Assembly (NCBI GenBank): GCA_003707115.1
Contig: PPNB01000007.1
Coordinates: forward strand, 1 to 64,000
Length of the DNA: 64,000 nt
Direction: 5' to 3'
Origin: Tortispora ganteri
Lineage: Eukaryota
The notes under the pieces are model-generated. The model was not told where the DNA came from. It made no database searches and saw only the letters and a program-made list of their open reading frames with translations. Shown piece after piece: positions 1 to 10,034 of the stretch. The translations under genes and the position numbers were made by a program. Positions within the stretch are counted from its first letter, which is position 1; every line of letters begins with the position of its first letter.

Positions 1-2471
1 CTCTGGTGTATCCTTTGTAGGAATTGTGCCAGAGATGGGCCGTACTGCTGATCTTCGATCATGTCTGCCTGAAACTCCAGCATAGACCCATCAATGCCTT
101 TGCGGCAGATCACGAAGTATAGGTCCTTGACACCCTTCAGCTGGGCCAGATAACCGAGCAGGTTTCTTGCTTGCAAAGAAATGTGCGTATCGAGTTTAGG
201 CAATGTATTCAGTTCTGGGCTGAGATCAGACACTTTATGATACTCGGGGCCGAATAGGTCGCGTAGCAGCGGCTTCGTTGCCGCGTCGTCAATATACAGT
301 AATGGCAAGACCCCGTTGTACACCAGCAAAACGCATCCGGGCTTCACTGACTGCCGTGAGGCTGGCACGCACGGTGGAAGGCTAAATACGCCTGTCTGTG
401 GATCATAAAGCGCATCTTCAGGTGCAAAATCAGTGATGTTGAACACAAACGGATATAGGTACAGCGCCAGGTCGTCTATGCCCATAGAAAGCAGGTGCAT
501 CTTTGATGCGACCCGTGCATCGCTAATAATTACTCGTGATGTAAGCGCCTTAGTCTTAATTAAGCCTAAACTGTACGGCAATGCTGGTACAAACCCGTCC
601 GGGATCACAAGAGTAGTCGGCAGGGAAGATGACGAAGATCTGGAACGGTATCCGGCGAGAATTGTAACCAGTTTCTCTTCAATTCCTGTCCGTATGACGT
701 CTGTATTTTTGCTTTTGAGGTACTCAGCGGCCTGCTTTGCGAAGAAATTCACAATGGCATCGGGATCTGCACTACGCTGCACTGCAATGGCATTATCCGC
801 TGCTGGAACATAAAAGTTATGTACACGGGCTCTTCTTTGACCGTCAGCTGTAGTGTAAAGTAGAGCGCTTTGAAAGTGCGCGCCTATTCGATGATCTATT
901 TTTCCGTCGTGTTCCAATACCACAGCAAGTGAAGTGGACGAGGTAATGACTCCAAACAGCGGATCAGCGCTCTCGTAGGCGTTGTAGAATGGTCCAAGGT
1001 ACTTCTCAACTTGCACACCGTTTGAACAACGAACTTTGAGCTCACCCATGAACCCGGTTTCGAGGCTGTACTGATGCACCACGTCTTCAATGACGCGCAT
1101 TCCGTCTCTATTAGGGACGAATGTAGGATAATAGTAAAGGGCGCCCCCAGAGAGCTGAACGGGAGTGCTGGCAGCCGCTAAGTCGAACCTACCAGTTGAC
1201 AGTGCAAAAAGATCAAGTCCAATCCCAGATTGGGCAAAATCCTGGCCCAGTTTGTGATAGAAGTTGCCATTCTCGTTCAAATAAATATGTTCTTGGTCGC
1301 CAGCGGCTTTTGTGGCATTAGCGTCTCTGGCGAACAAAGGACCTAGTCCGAACGAGGGAAGTGCACCTAGAAAAGCGTATATTTTTCCACCAGTCTTTGC
1401 GAGAATGTTATTTGCAGCTGTTAACGCACTTCCATAAGCTGGTTCTGGCGATTTATTGTTTTCGAAAAGCATTACCAAACGGCTGAGCAAGGATTCGATT
1501 TCTGTGCGTGATTCTTGTGGGTCTGCAAACAATCCCCTTTCGAGCGGGCAGAACGGGTCTTTTATATCAGACATGACCATCTGATGTATATCTTCGAGGC
1601 CTGGTGTTAGATCAAAAAAGTGTAGTGAGCGGTTGAAGGCGACTATTGCGATAGAGGCTCCTGGCACGTGAACGTTTGATTCAAATAAGGCACGTCGTAT
1701 AGCTGCCGCAGCGAGTTCAGAGATTCCACGCTTAATAGCGTCTTCGCTAACATCAATTAAAAATATTATACGTATAGGTGAGGGGGGCACTTTGCAGTAA
1801 TCACCTTGGACGGCAAACTCGATGGTACCGCGATTGAATTCTGGCCGAGCGGCGATATCGGCCTGGTAAGCGTGCGAGGAGGCAATTGCATCTGCATACT
1901 GTGCGGGAAATTCAAAAGCATAGCCGCACAAGTTGCATATTATACGGGATCGGTCTGGGGTAAACCTCATGGCAGGATTGACGTATGCGCGACAGCGATT
2001 ACAGCGTGGAGGACCAGCAGGTCCAAAATCGAGTAGCGGAATTGGGTCTTCGGCTACATGGAGACTTGCAAGCGGCTGTATAATGAGAGCAGTAGGGAAA
2101 TTTACGGCAGTAAAATCTTCCTTAGTAGCGGGGTACTCGCGAACAGTCAGTCTACCGAATTTTGGGTGCGATAATCGTGATTCACGACATGTGTAGTTAG
2201 TAGAGCCACAAGGTGGCGGCATAAGATCTGGATCATAATCTATATACATTTGCTGATGGCGATGACGTAAAGAGACAATACTTAAATTATCGAGGTCATC
2301 TGCGGAAGATTTAGGGGCTGCACGTTTAAGATCCTGGACTGGTTGAGCAAATGCAGGTACTTCTGGAGTATTGCTAGTAGAAGGAGCGGCAGCTATATCG
2401 TGGAACGCATGTTTAGGCCTACGTCTACCTGATATAGACATTTGCGCAAAAGATGCGTTCAAATCAGACAT
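1..2471 (-). CDS. SFB3: COPII coat subunit, Sec24-related (Sfb3/Lst1 type); 3' end runs off the window
   Basis: Not in ORF track (no stop in window). Manual translation from ATG 2471: MSDLNASFAQMSISGRRRPKHAF..., zinc finger GPPRCNRCRAYVNP..ICNLC, RPEFNRGTIEF, trunk IFLIDVSEDAIKRG, TGGKIYAFLGALPSFGLG. Confidence 0.88.
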   Translation of the reverse strand, partial: MSDLNASFAQMSISGRRRPKHAFHDIAAAPSTSNTPEVPAFAQPVQDLKRAAPKSSADDLDNLSIVSLRHRHQQMYIDYDPDLMPPPCGSTNYTCRESRLSHPKFGRLTVREYPATKEDFTAVNFPTALIIQPLASLHVAEDPIPLLDFGPAGPPRCNRCRAYVNPAMRFTPDRSRIICNLCGYAFEFPAQYADAIASSHAYQADIAARPEFNRGTIEFAVQGDYCKVPPSPIRIIFLIDVSEDAIKRGISELAAAAIRRALFESNVHVPGASIAIVAFNRSLHFFDLTPGLEDIHQMVMSDIKDPFCPLERGLFADPQESRTEIESLLSRLVMLFENNKSPEPAYGSALTAANNILAKTGGKIYAFLGALPSFGLGPLFARDANATKAAGDQEHIYLNENGNFYHKLGQDFAQSGIGLDLFALSTGRFDLAAASTPVQLSGGALYYYPTFVPNRDGMRVIEDVVHQYSLETGFMGELKVRCSNGVQVEKYLGPFYNAYESADPLFGVITSSTSLAVVLEHDGKIDHRIGAHFQSALLYTTADGQRRARVHNFYVPAADNAIAVQRSADPDAIVNFFAKQAAEYLKSKNTDVIRTGIEEKLVTILAGYRSRSSSSSLPTTLVIPDGFVPALPYSLGLIKTKALTSRVIISDARVASKMHLLSMGIDDLALYLYPFVFNITDFAPEDALYDPQTGVFSLPPCVPASRQSVKPGCVLLVYNGVLPLLYIDDAATKPLLRDLFGPEYHKVSDLSPELNTLPKLDTHISLQARNLLGYLAQLKGVKDLYFVICRKGIDGSMLEFQADMIEDQQYGPSLAQFLQRIHQ

Positions 2472-2619
2472 GCTTGATTTGATCGAGAAGTTTTGCAATT
2501 GCGAATTTCTGGCGAAATGTTATGAGAAACAGGTGTTGGCGGAATACTAGGAGAACTTGACTAGGCAGAAACTTTAATTTTGATAGCCCTTGGATTCCGA
2601 CAACCACCATTTTTTGTCC

Positions 2620-2937
2620 ATGGGAAACAGCGCCTCTAAGACCAGACGGCTTAAAAACACTGTAGAATCATCAATAAAGCAAGTAAAGAGTGCTAAAGAA
2701 CAATCAATTATTCAAGAAAATAGTGATATTGACACTGATTTTCTCAAAAGGGTGCAACAGTTAGGTGTAACTCAGAAACAAGTTGACCCTGCGCCAATAC
2801 AAACAGACAATAGGGCTGTCCAACAGGTTACTTCACGTTCTTCATTAAAAGCTGGAATACCACCTGTTGAAATTGCGGAACTTATCCGATCAAAAGATAC
2901 CAAAGTAGAAGACCTTACAGATATCACATTGCTTTGA
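2620..2937 (+). CDS. Small uncharacterised protein (105 aa) with N-myristoylation motif
   Basis: First ATG at 2620 (track starts at TTG 2590). MGNSASK fits M-G-x-x-x-S-K; divergent from SFB3 across 148 bp. Confidence 0.65.
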   Translation: MGNSASKTRRLKNTVESSIKQVKSAKEQSIIQENSDIDTDFLKRVQQLGVTQKQVDPAPIQTDNRAVQQVTSRSSLKAGIPPVEIAELIRSKDTKVEDLTDITLL

Positions 2938-2938
2938 G

Positions 2939-3730
2939 ATGGCCTCTCAAACTACAATCAGTTCCTGGACCAAGGTGTTCACGACATCGAACCCATATAC
3001 TGATCAGCTCATCAATTCAATACAAAGATCACGCTCGACTTTGAATTTGTTGATGTTTGATGCGCTTTTTGAGTTGCTCGTCAATGAAAATGACGACCCT
3101 ACAGATCCTGTCCCCGCCTACCCGCCGCTCAACAATTCAACCTATATGACTCTTTACAATGCCATTATCCGTTCAGATACAACTGCCTTAAACAAATCAA
3201 AGCTTCTATACTACCTCGCAACTGTTGAAGATAACAGTCGGGCCTGTCGCCACTTGCAGGCGCTTCTACCGCAAGGCGTTAGACACGAAATAGATGGCTA
3301 TATAGCACTTGACCGACTAGACGCCAAAACAGCCATCGCACATCTGTGCTACCCATCAGTCTCATCTAAATTTAAGGCACGCATTATAATTGCTCTCGAT
3401 ATTTGTTCTGCAAGCTCGTCTGCGATTCTCACTTTCATCCGCTCTAAACATCCGGTCTTGGACGTACCTGAACTACTCAGCATCTACTTGAAGGCGCTCA
3501 CCGACGTTTCTGTGTATGCAGCAGTTGACTACATCAGATGCTGCAATCCTGCAGACCGTTCCTCGCTGCTATCTACACTTGTATTCCTTCTTCTTGAAGG
3601 CAATAGGCTACATGACTTAATGAGACTAATTAACATGGAACTGTCTGCGGACGAATACAGTGTCTTAAAAGCCATTCCTGATGAAAGTCTACGACCACTT
3701 TTGACAATGAGAGATTCATATATTAGTTAA
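2939..3730 (+). CDS. ELYS-domain nuclear pore assembly protein (Ely5-like)
   Basis: 263 aa; KSKLLYYL and IDGYIALDRLDAKTAIAHLCYPSV...FKARIIIAL resemble the fungal ELYS domain. Confidence 0.65.
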   Translation: MASQTTISSWTKVFTTSNPYTDQLINSIQRSRSTLNLLMFDALFELLVNENDDPTDPVPAYPPLNNSTYMTLYNAIIRSDTTALNKSKLLYYLATVEDNSRACRHLQALLPQGVRHEIDGYIALDRLDAKTAIAHLCYPSVSSKFKARIIIALDICSASSSAILTFIRSKHPVLDVPELLSIYLKALTDVSVYAAVDYIRCCNPADRSSLLSTLVFLLLEGNRLHDLMRLINMELSADEYSVLKAIPDESLRPLLTMRDSYIS

Positions 3731-3755
3731 ATACATTGTGATTATTGGTGAGTTA

Positions 3756-3812
3756 TTTTCTTTTTCTTTTTTTTTTCTTTATTTCTTTTTTTTTTTTTTT
3801 TTTTTTTTTTTT
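3756..3812. repeat. Poly(dT:dA) tract between convergent genes
   Basis: T-rich run with 27 uninterrupted T at 3786-3812. Confidence 0.9.
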
Positions 3813-3831
3813 GGCTAAGTCGACATTCAGT

Positions 3832-4710
3832 TCACTTAGAGGTCAGGAATGAGTGAAGATCATCAAGGTACTGAATATAGTCCCTTTGGTCTTGTCCACT
3901 AAGAACCAGTTTGAAGTTTTCAAGGACTTCAGGAGTAATACCGAGCTCTTCGATGTACTCATGTAGAAGTATACGCACATCATTGTCGATCTCGTCAAAC
4001 GATGGCGATCGTCCTGTCTTGCTGTCTTCCTTTAGGGCTTCCTCAAGCGAATTGAAGAACTGCGAGAAACTAAAGTCAATTAGAGCGCTTTCCTCTTCAT
4101 ACATAGAGTTATCATAAGTTCCGTATAATCTGAGCACGGATCCCGGTTTTTCAATTACTACAGAGAAAGGTGTAGGTGGCTGTGGACCCTCGGCGAATTC
4201 GCCGAACTCGTCAAAATCTTCCTCTTCTTCAAGGTCTTGTTCACTGGGTTGTGACACTTTGTTCGACTTGCTCTTAGGGTCTCTATTTTCTTCCTCCTCA
4301 TACAACTCCTCAAAATTTTCATTTCCGTAAACGTCGTCATTATAGTTCTGATACTCCGGTGATGAAGAGACTTCGCGGACCTCGTCGACAGAAGCGACAA
4401 TGTAGACTTTCTCAGAAGGAGTTGACTTCTTTGCGGTCACAGTTTTACCGCCATCTTTGAATTCGACCTCGAACCCGCTTTTTTTTAGCTGCTCAATTCC
4501 TTCATTTAGGTCACTGGTACCGGATCGGTCAAAAAGCTCTTTTTCTAGCCCTAGTTCGGTCTTGACCTTATTGACGAGCTTCTCGAGAGAAAGCTGGTGA
4601 TGCTTCTTCGACGCTTGCACGTATCCTCTCGCATTAATTACGGTAGGAATGGTACGCAAAATCTGGGTTCTGCCTGTAATAGGAATTCGTTTTGCCACTA
4701 ATCTCAGCAT
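3832..4710 (-). CDS. MAM33: Mitochondrial acidic matrix protein Mam33 (p32/C1QBP family)
   Basis: Likely start MLRLVAKR (basic presequence) at 4710; acidic body; C-terminal PSFDEIDNDVRILLHEYIEELGIT...QRDYIQYLDDLHSFL. Confidence 0.85.
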   Translation of the reverse strand: MLRLVAKRIPITGRTQILRTIPTVINARGYVQASKKHHQLSLEKLVNKVKTELGLEKELFDRSGTSDLNEGIEQLKKSGFEVEFKDGGKTVTAKKSTPSEKVYIVASVDEVREVSSSPEYQNYNDDVYGNENFEELYEEEENRDPKSKSNKVSQPSEQDLEEEEDFDEFGEFAEGPQPPTPFSVVIEKPGSVLRLYGTYDNSMYEEESALIDFSFSQFFNSLEEALKEDSKTGRSPSFDEIDNDVRILLHEYIEELGITPEVLENFKLVLSGQDQRDYIQYLDDLHSFLTSK

Positions 4711-4799
4711 TGTGTAGTCGATGTCTAAAAACAGCTTACCCGTAGAAACTTCTATAATGGTGTGGTGCTGAAAGCCGGGTAACAACATTCTCGTTCTCA

Positions 4800-6029
4800 T
4801 TAAATAATATGTTTGGCGAGCACCACTGCCGTCAAAGCCAGATCGTAGACTAAATTTAGCGATTTAATTGCTAATTGTTTCGCCGATTCATGTTTATTAC
4901 CGTCCACAGTGAATTCAGCGCAAGTGATTACCGGTTCGGCGGTAGGCATTACTTGTATTGTCATATTCACTTTATGACCCGGCAGGACCACCAGCACAAG
5001 CAGTTTCAGCGAGCTCAAAGCATTGATAGTTAGGTCTATCATAATATCCCGTGACACCCGTACCGAGGACTTTTGCTCAACAGAAGTTCCCGTGATCGAC
5101 CGTACAAGACAATCAACAATGTATGACGCGCGAGCGCAGTTCAAAGCGCTAACAAGATCGCGTGGATCGTCCAGCAGCAACTCCCGGCGGTTGTGGAAGT
5201 CGCCGAGGATGTGGCACCGGTACATGCACTGTAGCGTGTTGTATGCGTCACCTTCAACATCTATGGCCTTATTGATACGTTCTAGCGAAGTTGGACGAAC
5301 GGGCGACTCGGGATCGACGAACTTCAGCTCGCTTTGCGGCCATAGGTACGTTATTGGCGGGTCGAATACGACTTTCAGGCAGTAGCCTGACTGCAGCCAG
5401 GTGTCTTCAGGCTGCTTCCATTGGTTATTCTCGACTAGCGACCAGGTGCTGCTTTCGCCCCACAAGTCCCTGGGCGGCAGCCTTATCCCCTGCAGAGAAA
5501 TATGTGCGGGCACATCCGCCGTGAAGGTGATGGTAGCGGTGCGCGATGGGTATATAGGCCGCGGCAGACTGTACTCTACAATAAGGCCAACAACACCTTT
5601 TTCATTGAGTCTAGGTGCCCAGGCAGTCTTGTTCGGCAAAGCGGCATGTACAGCACACAAATCGTTGTACAGATTGTTCATAGCCGAGAATAGTGAGAGC
5701 TCTGGGGTGCAAAGTCGGTCAATGGCAGCAAGAAAAGTGATTGATCGGCGTATACTGCGCATATCGGGCATACGAGCATTTTCCCGCAGGATTTGACTCA
5801 TCGTGTGCAATTGAGCTTCCTTCAAGTTAGAGTTTGCCACCGACGTCGAGATGTCGACGATCCTACCTGTATTCGCATCAAAGTCCACGTCTATTAGTAC
5901 AGCCTTACCCGCCACGCTCAGCCTGTGTATGCCATCAATATCCTCTGCAAAATATTCTAGTTGCTCTTGCACTGCTAAATCTTTTATAGACTCTTTATTT
6001 ACCCGGCCTAACCAGCGATTGATAGTCAT
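4800..6029 (-). CDS. MED1: Mediator subunit Med1
   Basis: N-terminal GRVNKESIKDLA...RLSVAGKAVLIDVDF and FLAAIDRL...LSLFSAM resemble fungal Med1. Confidence 0.7.
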   Translation of the reverse strand: MTINRWLGRVNKESIKDLAVQEQLEYFAEDIDGIHRLSVAGKAVLIDVDFDANTGRIVDISTSVANSNLKEAQLHTMSQILRENARMPDMRSIRRSITFLAAIDRLCTPELSLFSAMNNLYNDLCAVHAALPNKTAWAPRLNEKGVVGLIVEYSLPRPIYPSRTATITFTADVPAHISLQGIRLPPRDLWGESSTWSLVENNQWKQPEDTWLQSGYCLKVVFDPPITYLWPQSELKFVDPESPVRPTSLERINKAIDVEGDAYNTLQCMYRCHILGDFHNRRELLLDDPRDLVSALNCARASYIVDCLVRSITGTSVEQKSSVRVSRDIMIDLTINALSSLKLLVLVVLPGHKVNMTIQVMPTAEPVITCAEFTVDGNKHESAKQLAIKSLNLVYDLALTAVVLAKHII

Positions 6030-6113
6030 TTATCGCCACGCAGTCTACCAACATGTGGTGTCTAAGTTTGGGAGGGTGAAGTGTTGTTGTGTTCCCTGAG
6101 TTCTATATATAAT

Positions 6114-8210
6114 TCAAGCGGGCCTATACACAATACCGACTTTGTAGAGCCAGTTATGTGATTCTCCATGTACGCCGGCTATAACGTAACCCTTTGGCGG
6201 TATTAGTATATGGCGCGAGCCACCAGTTCCGCCAATTAGTGGGCTGCGTTGCTTGTTCGTGATAATACCGACTGCATCGATCCAGTACCCTGCACGTACA
6301 TCCAAGCCAACGAGGTATTCGTCAGGATCTATATTAATTTCATGCGGATTGCCGCCGCGGTGTCCAACAAATGCGCTTGTCCCGTCTACGAAGTTGAACT
6401 CGATTCCGTCGAAAAACGATCCTTTGAACAAAGTCACAGACCGTAACCGCTGCGTGAGCAACGCACCATTCTTCTCGCCGTCTTTCTGTCCAAGCAGTTG
6501 ACTTCGTAACAACCGGTACGGCTGCGAAGTAAATAAGCCCGTGATATCCGGAAACAGTGACGCGATGCCGTCGATCGTCGAGCTGTGACCAGAACACACA
6601 CCGACATGCAGTTTGCCTGATTGTAGCGCTTTGCGTGCATCACTTTCACTCACAAATGGAAGTAGCGTCTGTACATCCAGCACAATCTCAATAAACGGTC
6701 CACCTGGCGGCACAAACAAAGCATAACCTTTCGAATTCCCGTCGATTTCAACCTCCAGCGATGAGATGCCTGAGTAAGACCGCAACACAGCCGAGTTGTT
6801 AGCTGCCTCATAGCAGTCCAGCTCCGCTTCAGGATCGTACAGTGGGTAGTGTGCGTCACAGTCTAGTGGAATAGTTGGCGGCTCGCCTGCAAATTTGAAT
6901 AGCGGATTGAACCTGAACGAGACCATATCCAGTGGATGCCATCCGCACTCGTCCTTAGCTCTGCAGGGGAAAGGACCCGGTCGGCCTGTCTTGCTGTTAA
7001 CTGGTTCTCTCGATACAAAACTGCGGTTCAATGTCGTATAGCTGCGCAGCATGATACCATACGGTCTGTGCGGCTGTTTGAGTGCATGACCCGTTTCATG
7101 CATGAATGCGCCAATACCGATATTCGCGGCTTCCCAGTTCTGATTAGTTTCACCTAAATCGTTACGAACATACTGCTCATTTATAGGCGTAGTGTCCATA
7201 AATGCAGACTGGACTTCTGCGAGCGACGCCGGCCACGCAAAGCAAGAGTGCGATCCAAATATACCGAGATTGAGGTTACCTGCACAACCGCCAAGCGCTG
7301 CATGGCCCGTGAGCAGTTTAATATCTGGCCGCCAGTGCGCATCAGCGAGCAGCGCACTCACGTATATGTCACCCGACACTGACCTGTGGAACGGCCCACC
7401 GTAATTGCGTATAGCGTCTATGGCGATACCGTAGAGTGCGCCTTGGTCTTTAGCTTTCGGGTTTTGCTGGGCCCTATCTGGGTCTTGCAACTCAGCTTTA
7501 CTGAGATCCGAGCGGACGAGATGCACTATAGCGGTAGGCAGTGGCTTGTATGTGCCGCCGAGCGTGTCGGGCAACATCTCCTCATAGAAGGCAAACGATC
7601 TGCGGCCGTAGCCGGCACGACGCATCTGTTCTGCTGTGAAAGCTTGCCATAAGTACGCGGCTGTACGGAACTTCTCTACAAGCCGCTCGATACTAGGCGG
7701 GTCATGTGCGGCGTGATCTGGAGGACAGTCGTAAATGCCCTTAGAGTCGCGGGCAAGCACGATGGCAAGATGGACACGTGGCGTGTCGGGGTCTGGAGGG
7801 ACATAGACGAGATTAAGCGACCTGCTAAATCCTCCTTCTGTAAAATCAAAATGGAGAGTATTATAGCCGTCGTCTAGTCGCACAGTGGCTTTAAATAGCC
7901 CGGCAGAAACTACAGCTGGAACAGGCAGGAAAGAAGAAGCAGAGTTTGTCACTTCTATTATACCGTCGGTGGCGCCATCGACGTGGCCGTGAATAATCAG
8001 ACATCGCTGTGAGATCATTTCGCCGTCACTAACATTCAAAAATTTGATCCTAGAATCACTGAACGTAGTCTGTTTCTCTGCATTATCGTACATTGGTGGC
8101 AGCTGCGCTACAGGTGTCTGATTAGTAGCTGCCCCTGCAGTCTCCTTGCTAACTTTGTGCTGCTCATATGGCAGGCCAAACAACTCCATCATGCTTTTTT
8201 TGAATTTCAT
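6114..8210 (-). CDS. Zinc metallopeptidase with C-terminal jacalin-like lectin domain (YIL108W-like)
   Basis: HETGH zincin motif, AAYLWQAFTAEQM, GHAALGG; jacalin-type VRAGYWIDAVG...GGTGG. Confidence 0.88.
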   Translation of the reverse strand: MKFKKSMMELFGLPYEQHKVSKETAGAATNQTPVAQLPPMYDNAEKQTTFSDSRIKFLNVSDGEMISQRCLIIHGHVDGATDGIIEVTNSASSFLPVPAVVSAGLFKATVRLDDGYNTLHFDFTEGGFSRSLNLVYVPPDPDTPRVHLAIVLARDSKGIYDCPPDHAAHDPPSIERLVEKFRTAAYLWQAFTAEQMRRAGYGRRSFAFYEEMLPDTLGGTYKPLPTAIVHLVRSDLSKAELQDPDRAQQNPKAKDQGALYGIAIDAIRNYGGPFHRSVSGDIYVSALLADAHWRPDIKLLTGHAALGGCAGNLNLGIFGSHSCFAWPASLAEVQSAFMDTTPINEQYVRNDLGETNQNWEAANIGIGAFMHETGHALKQPHRPYGIMLRSYTTLNRSFVSREPVNSKTGRPGPFPCRAKDECGWHPLDMVSFRFNPLFKFAGEPPTIPLDCDAHYPLYDPEAELDCYEAANNSAVLRSYSGISSLEVEIDGNSKGYALFVPPGGPFIEIVLDVQTLLPFVSESDARKALQSGKLHVGVCSGHSSTIDGIASLFPDITGLFTSQPYRLLRSQLLGQKDGEKNGALLTQRLRSVTLFKGSFFDGIEFNFVDGTSAFVGHRGGNPHEINIDPDEYLVGLDVRAGYWIDAVGIITNKQRSPLIGGTGGSRHILIPPKGYVIAGVHGESHNWLYKVGIVYRPA

Positions 8211-8643
8211 GACTGTTCTATATTAAGTAGTGATCGATGTATACAATATAGATATAACTTGTATACGTGTTACGATCTACTGGCCAAAATGTCGGTCAGT
8301 TAAAGTTACAGTGGGGAGAAAGATTACAAAAGAGAAAAAGAGAGGGTGCGAAATAATAAACACAGTTAATAGCTTACTATATGTATCCCGGGCATGAAGT
8401 ACGCTATCACCAGATAGAATACGATTAAATCGGGACAACCAATCTATCTAGCTCACTGAAGGAATCGGGATTGTTTATCGGTTTAAATACATCCTGAAGG
8501 GTTCTTGTTCCATGAGCATTATAGAAGTCAAGTAGTCAAAGTTTGGTCATTATATATTATTGTAGTTGCTATGACGACGAATTGTATAATGAATTCCACG
8601 AATGTTTGACCTACCTTCTGTACAAAGTTGCTTATTATCTATT

Positions 8644-9942
8644 ATGTCAAAAGCGTCGCATTCACTATGGTCCCCGACGGATACTGTTAAGGATGTTGGC
8701 GAGTCACTTGGAATTGGACCTAATCAAATGTCTGATGAGGCTGCCGGTGCGTTGGCTATGGATATCGAGTATCGAGTCCATGAAATCCTCGAAGAGGCTA
8801 TGAAATTCATGAGACACTCTAAACGATCGACTCTATCAACATCAGACATAAATTACGCACTAAAGGTATTGAATGTAGAACCCGTGTTTGGTTATGAGTC
8901 CTCGCGCCCTATTAAGTTCCGTCCTGTGATTGGTCAACCACTGTACTTCATTGAGGACGAAGAAGTCGATTTCGAGAAAGTGATCAACGGTCCATTACCT
9001 AAAGTACCCAAACAAGTCGCATTCACCGCACATTGGCTGGCAATTGAAGGCGTCCAGCCAGCGATTCCCGAAAACCCTACCTCTGACGAAATACAATCTC
9101 TTCCTGCAGCCATCAAGGGACTGGACGTCTCTCGTGCCGTTGCGGCCGCAAGTAATGTTCAGGTCAAACCTATGGTAAAACACATTTTGTCCAAGGAACT
9201 GCAACTCTACTTTGAGCGTATTGTAGAAGCACTGACTGGTGATAATGCAGACCTCACAAGTGCTGCAATTGGTTCTTTGCGTAATGATCCTGGTCTGCAC
9301 CAGCTGGTACCATACCTGATTCAGATTATATCCGAACAAGTCACACACAATCTGGCCAATTTGGCACTCATGAACATCATGCTCGACACTGTCGATGCTC
9401 TTATTAACAACAAGACTATATTCATTGAGCCGTACATACACGCGATTATGCCACCGGTGCTCACATTGCTCCTGGCGAGGCAAGTCGGAGGTGACAACAA
9501 AGAACACTACAAAGTGCGTGACTACGCGGGTACTATTGCTATTCATTTGTGCAACAAATATGCCAAAACTTACCATACTCTCAAACCGCGTATAACGCGG
9601 ACGCTTCTACGCGCATTTATGGATCCTTCAAAGTCTCCCGGTACACATTACGGCGCTTTGATCGCATTAAAAGGGCTTGGTCCAGAGGTTGTCAGGCTTG
9701 TAGTACTTGAGAACGTCAAGGTATGGTCCACTACTTTGAATGAAATGCCGGAAGAGGACAAATCGGTGCTTGTAGCCACGGTTTTAGACACTCTGTCTGT
9801 TCTTAAAGAAAACGAGGATATCAGTGAGCCGTCTGAAAAGGACAAAGCAGAAGTCAGAGAGATTGTGGGTGAGGTACTAGCTGACAAAATACTAGCTGAT
9901 GACGCGCTAGTTCATGGAATTCTCGCTGCACCAAATTTATGA
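8644..9942 (+). CDS. TAF6: TFIID/SAGA subunit Taf6
   Basis: WSPTDTVKDVGESLGI histone fold, HWLAIEGVQPAIPENP, LRNDPGLHQLVPY; probable start MSKASH at 8644. Confidence 0.95.
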   Translation: MSKASHSLWSPTDTVKDVGESLGIGPNQMSDEAAGALAMDIEYRVHEILEEAMKFMRHSKRSTLSTSDINYALKVLNVEPVFGYESSRPIKFRPVIGQPLYFIEDEEVDFEKVINGPLPKVPKQVAFTAHWLAIEGVQPAIPENPTSDEIQSLPAAIKGLDVSRAVAAASNVQVKPMVKHILSKELQLYFERIVEALTGDNADLTSAAIGSLRNDPGLHQLVPYLIQIISEQVTHNLANLALMNIMLDTVDALINNKTIFIEPYIHAIMPPVLTLLLARQVGGDNKEHYKVRDYAGTIAIHLCNKYAKTYHTLKPRITRTLLRAFMDPSKSPGTHYGALIALKGLGPEVVRLVVLENVKVWSTTLNEMPEEDKSVLVATVLDTLSVLKENEDISEPSEKDKAEVREIVGEVLADKILADDALVHGILAAPNL

Positions 9943-10034
9943 AAGAACAACCTGCGCTTTTCACCACTTATACTTCGTCGCTCCCAGAGTGCAAAACTTT
10001 ACCTCACCTTGGACCAATCAACGTTCCATAAAAG

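Noticed and set aside
433..2196. Short ORFs from the track (433-813, 896-1090, 1806-2036, 1933-2196)
   Set aside because: Antisense or off-frame shadows of SFB3, which the track missed because its stop is outside the window.
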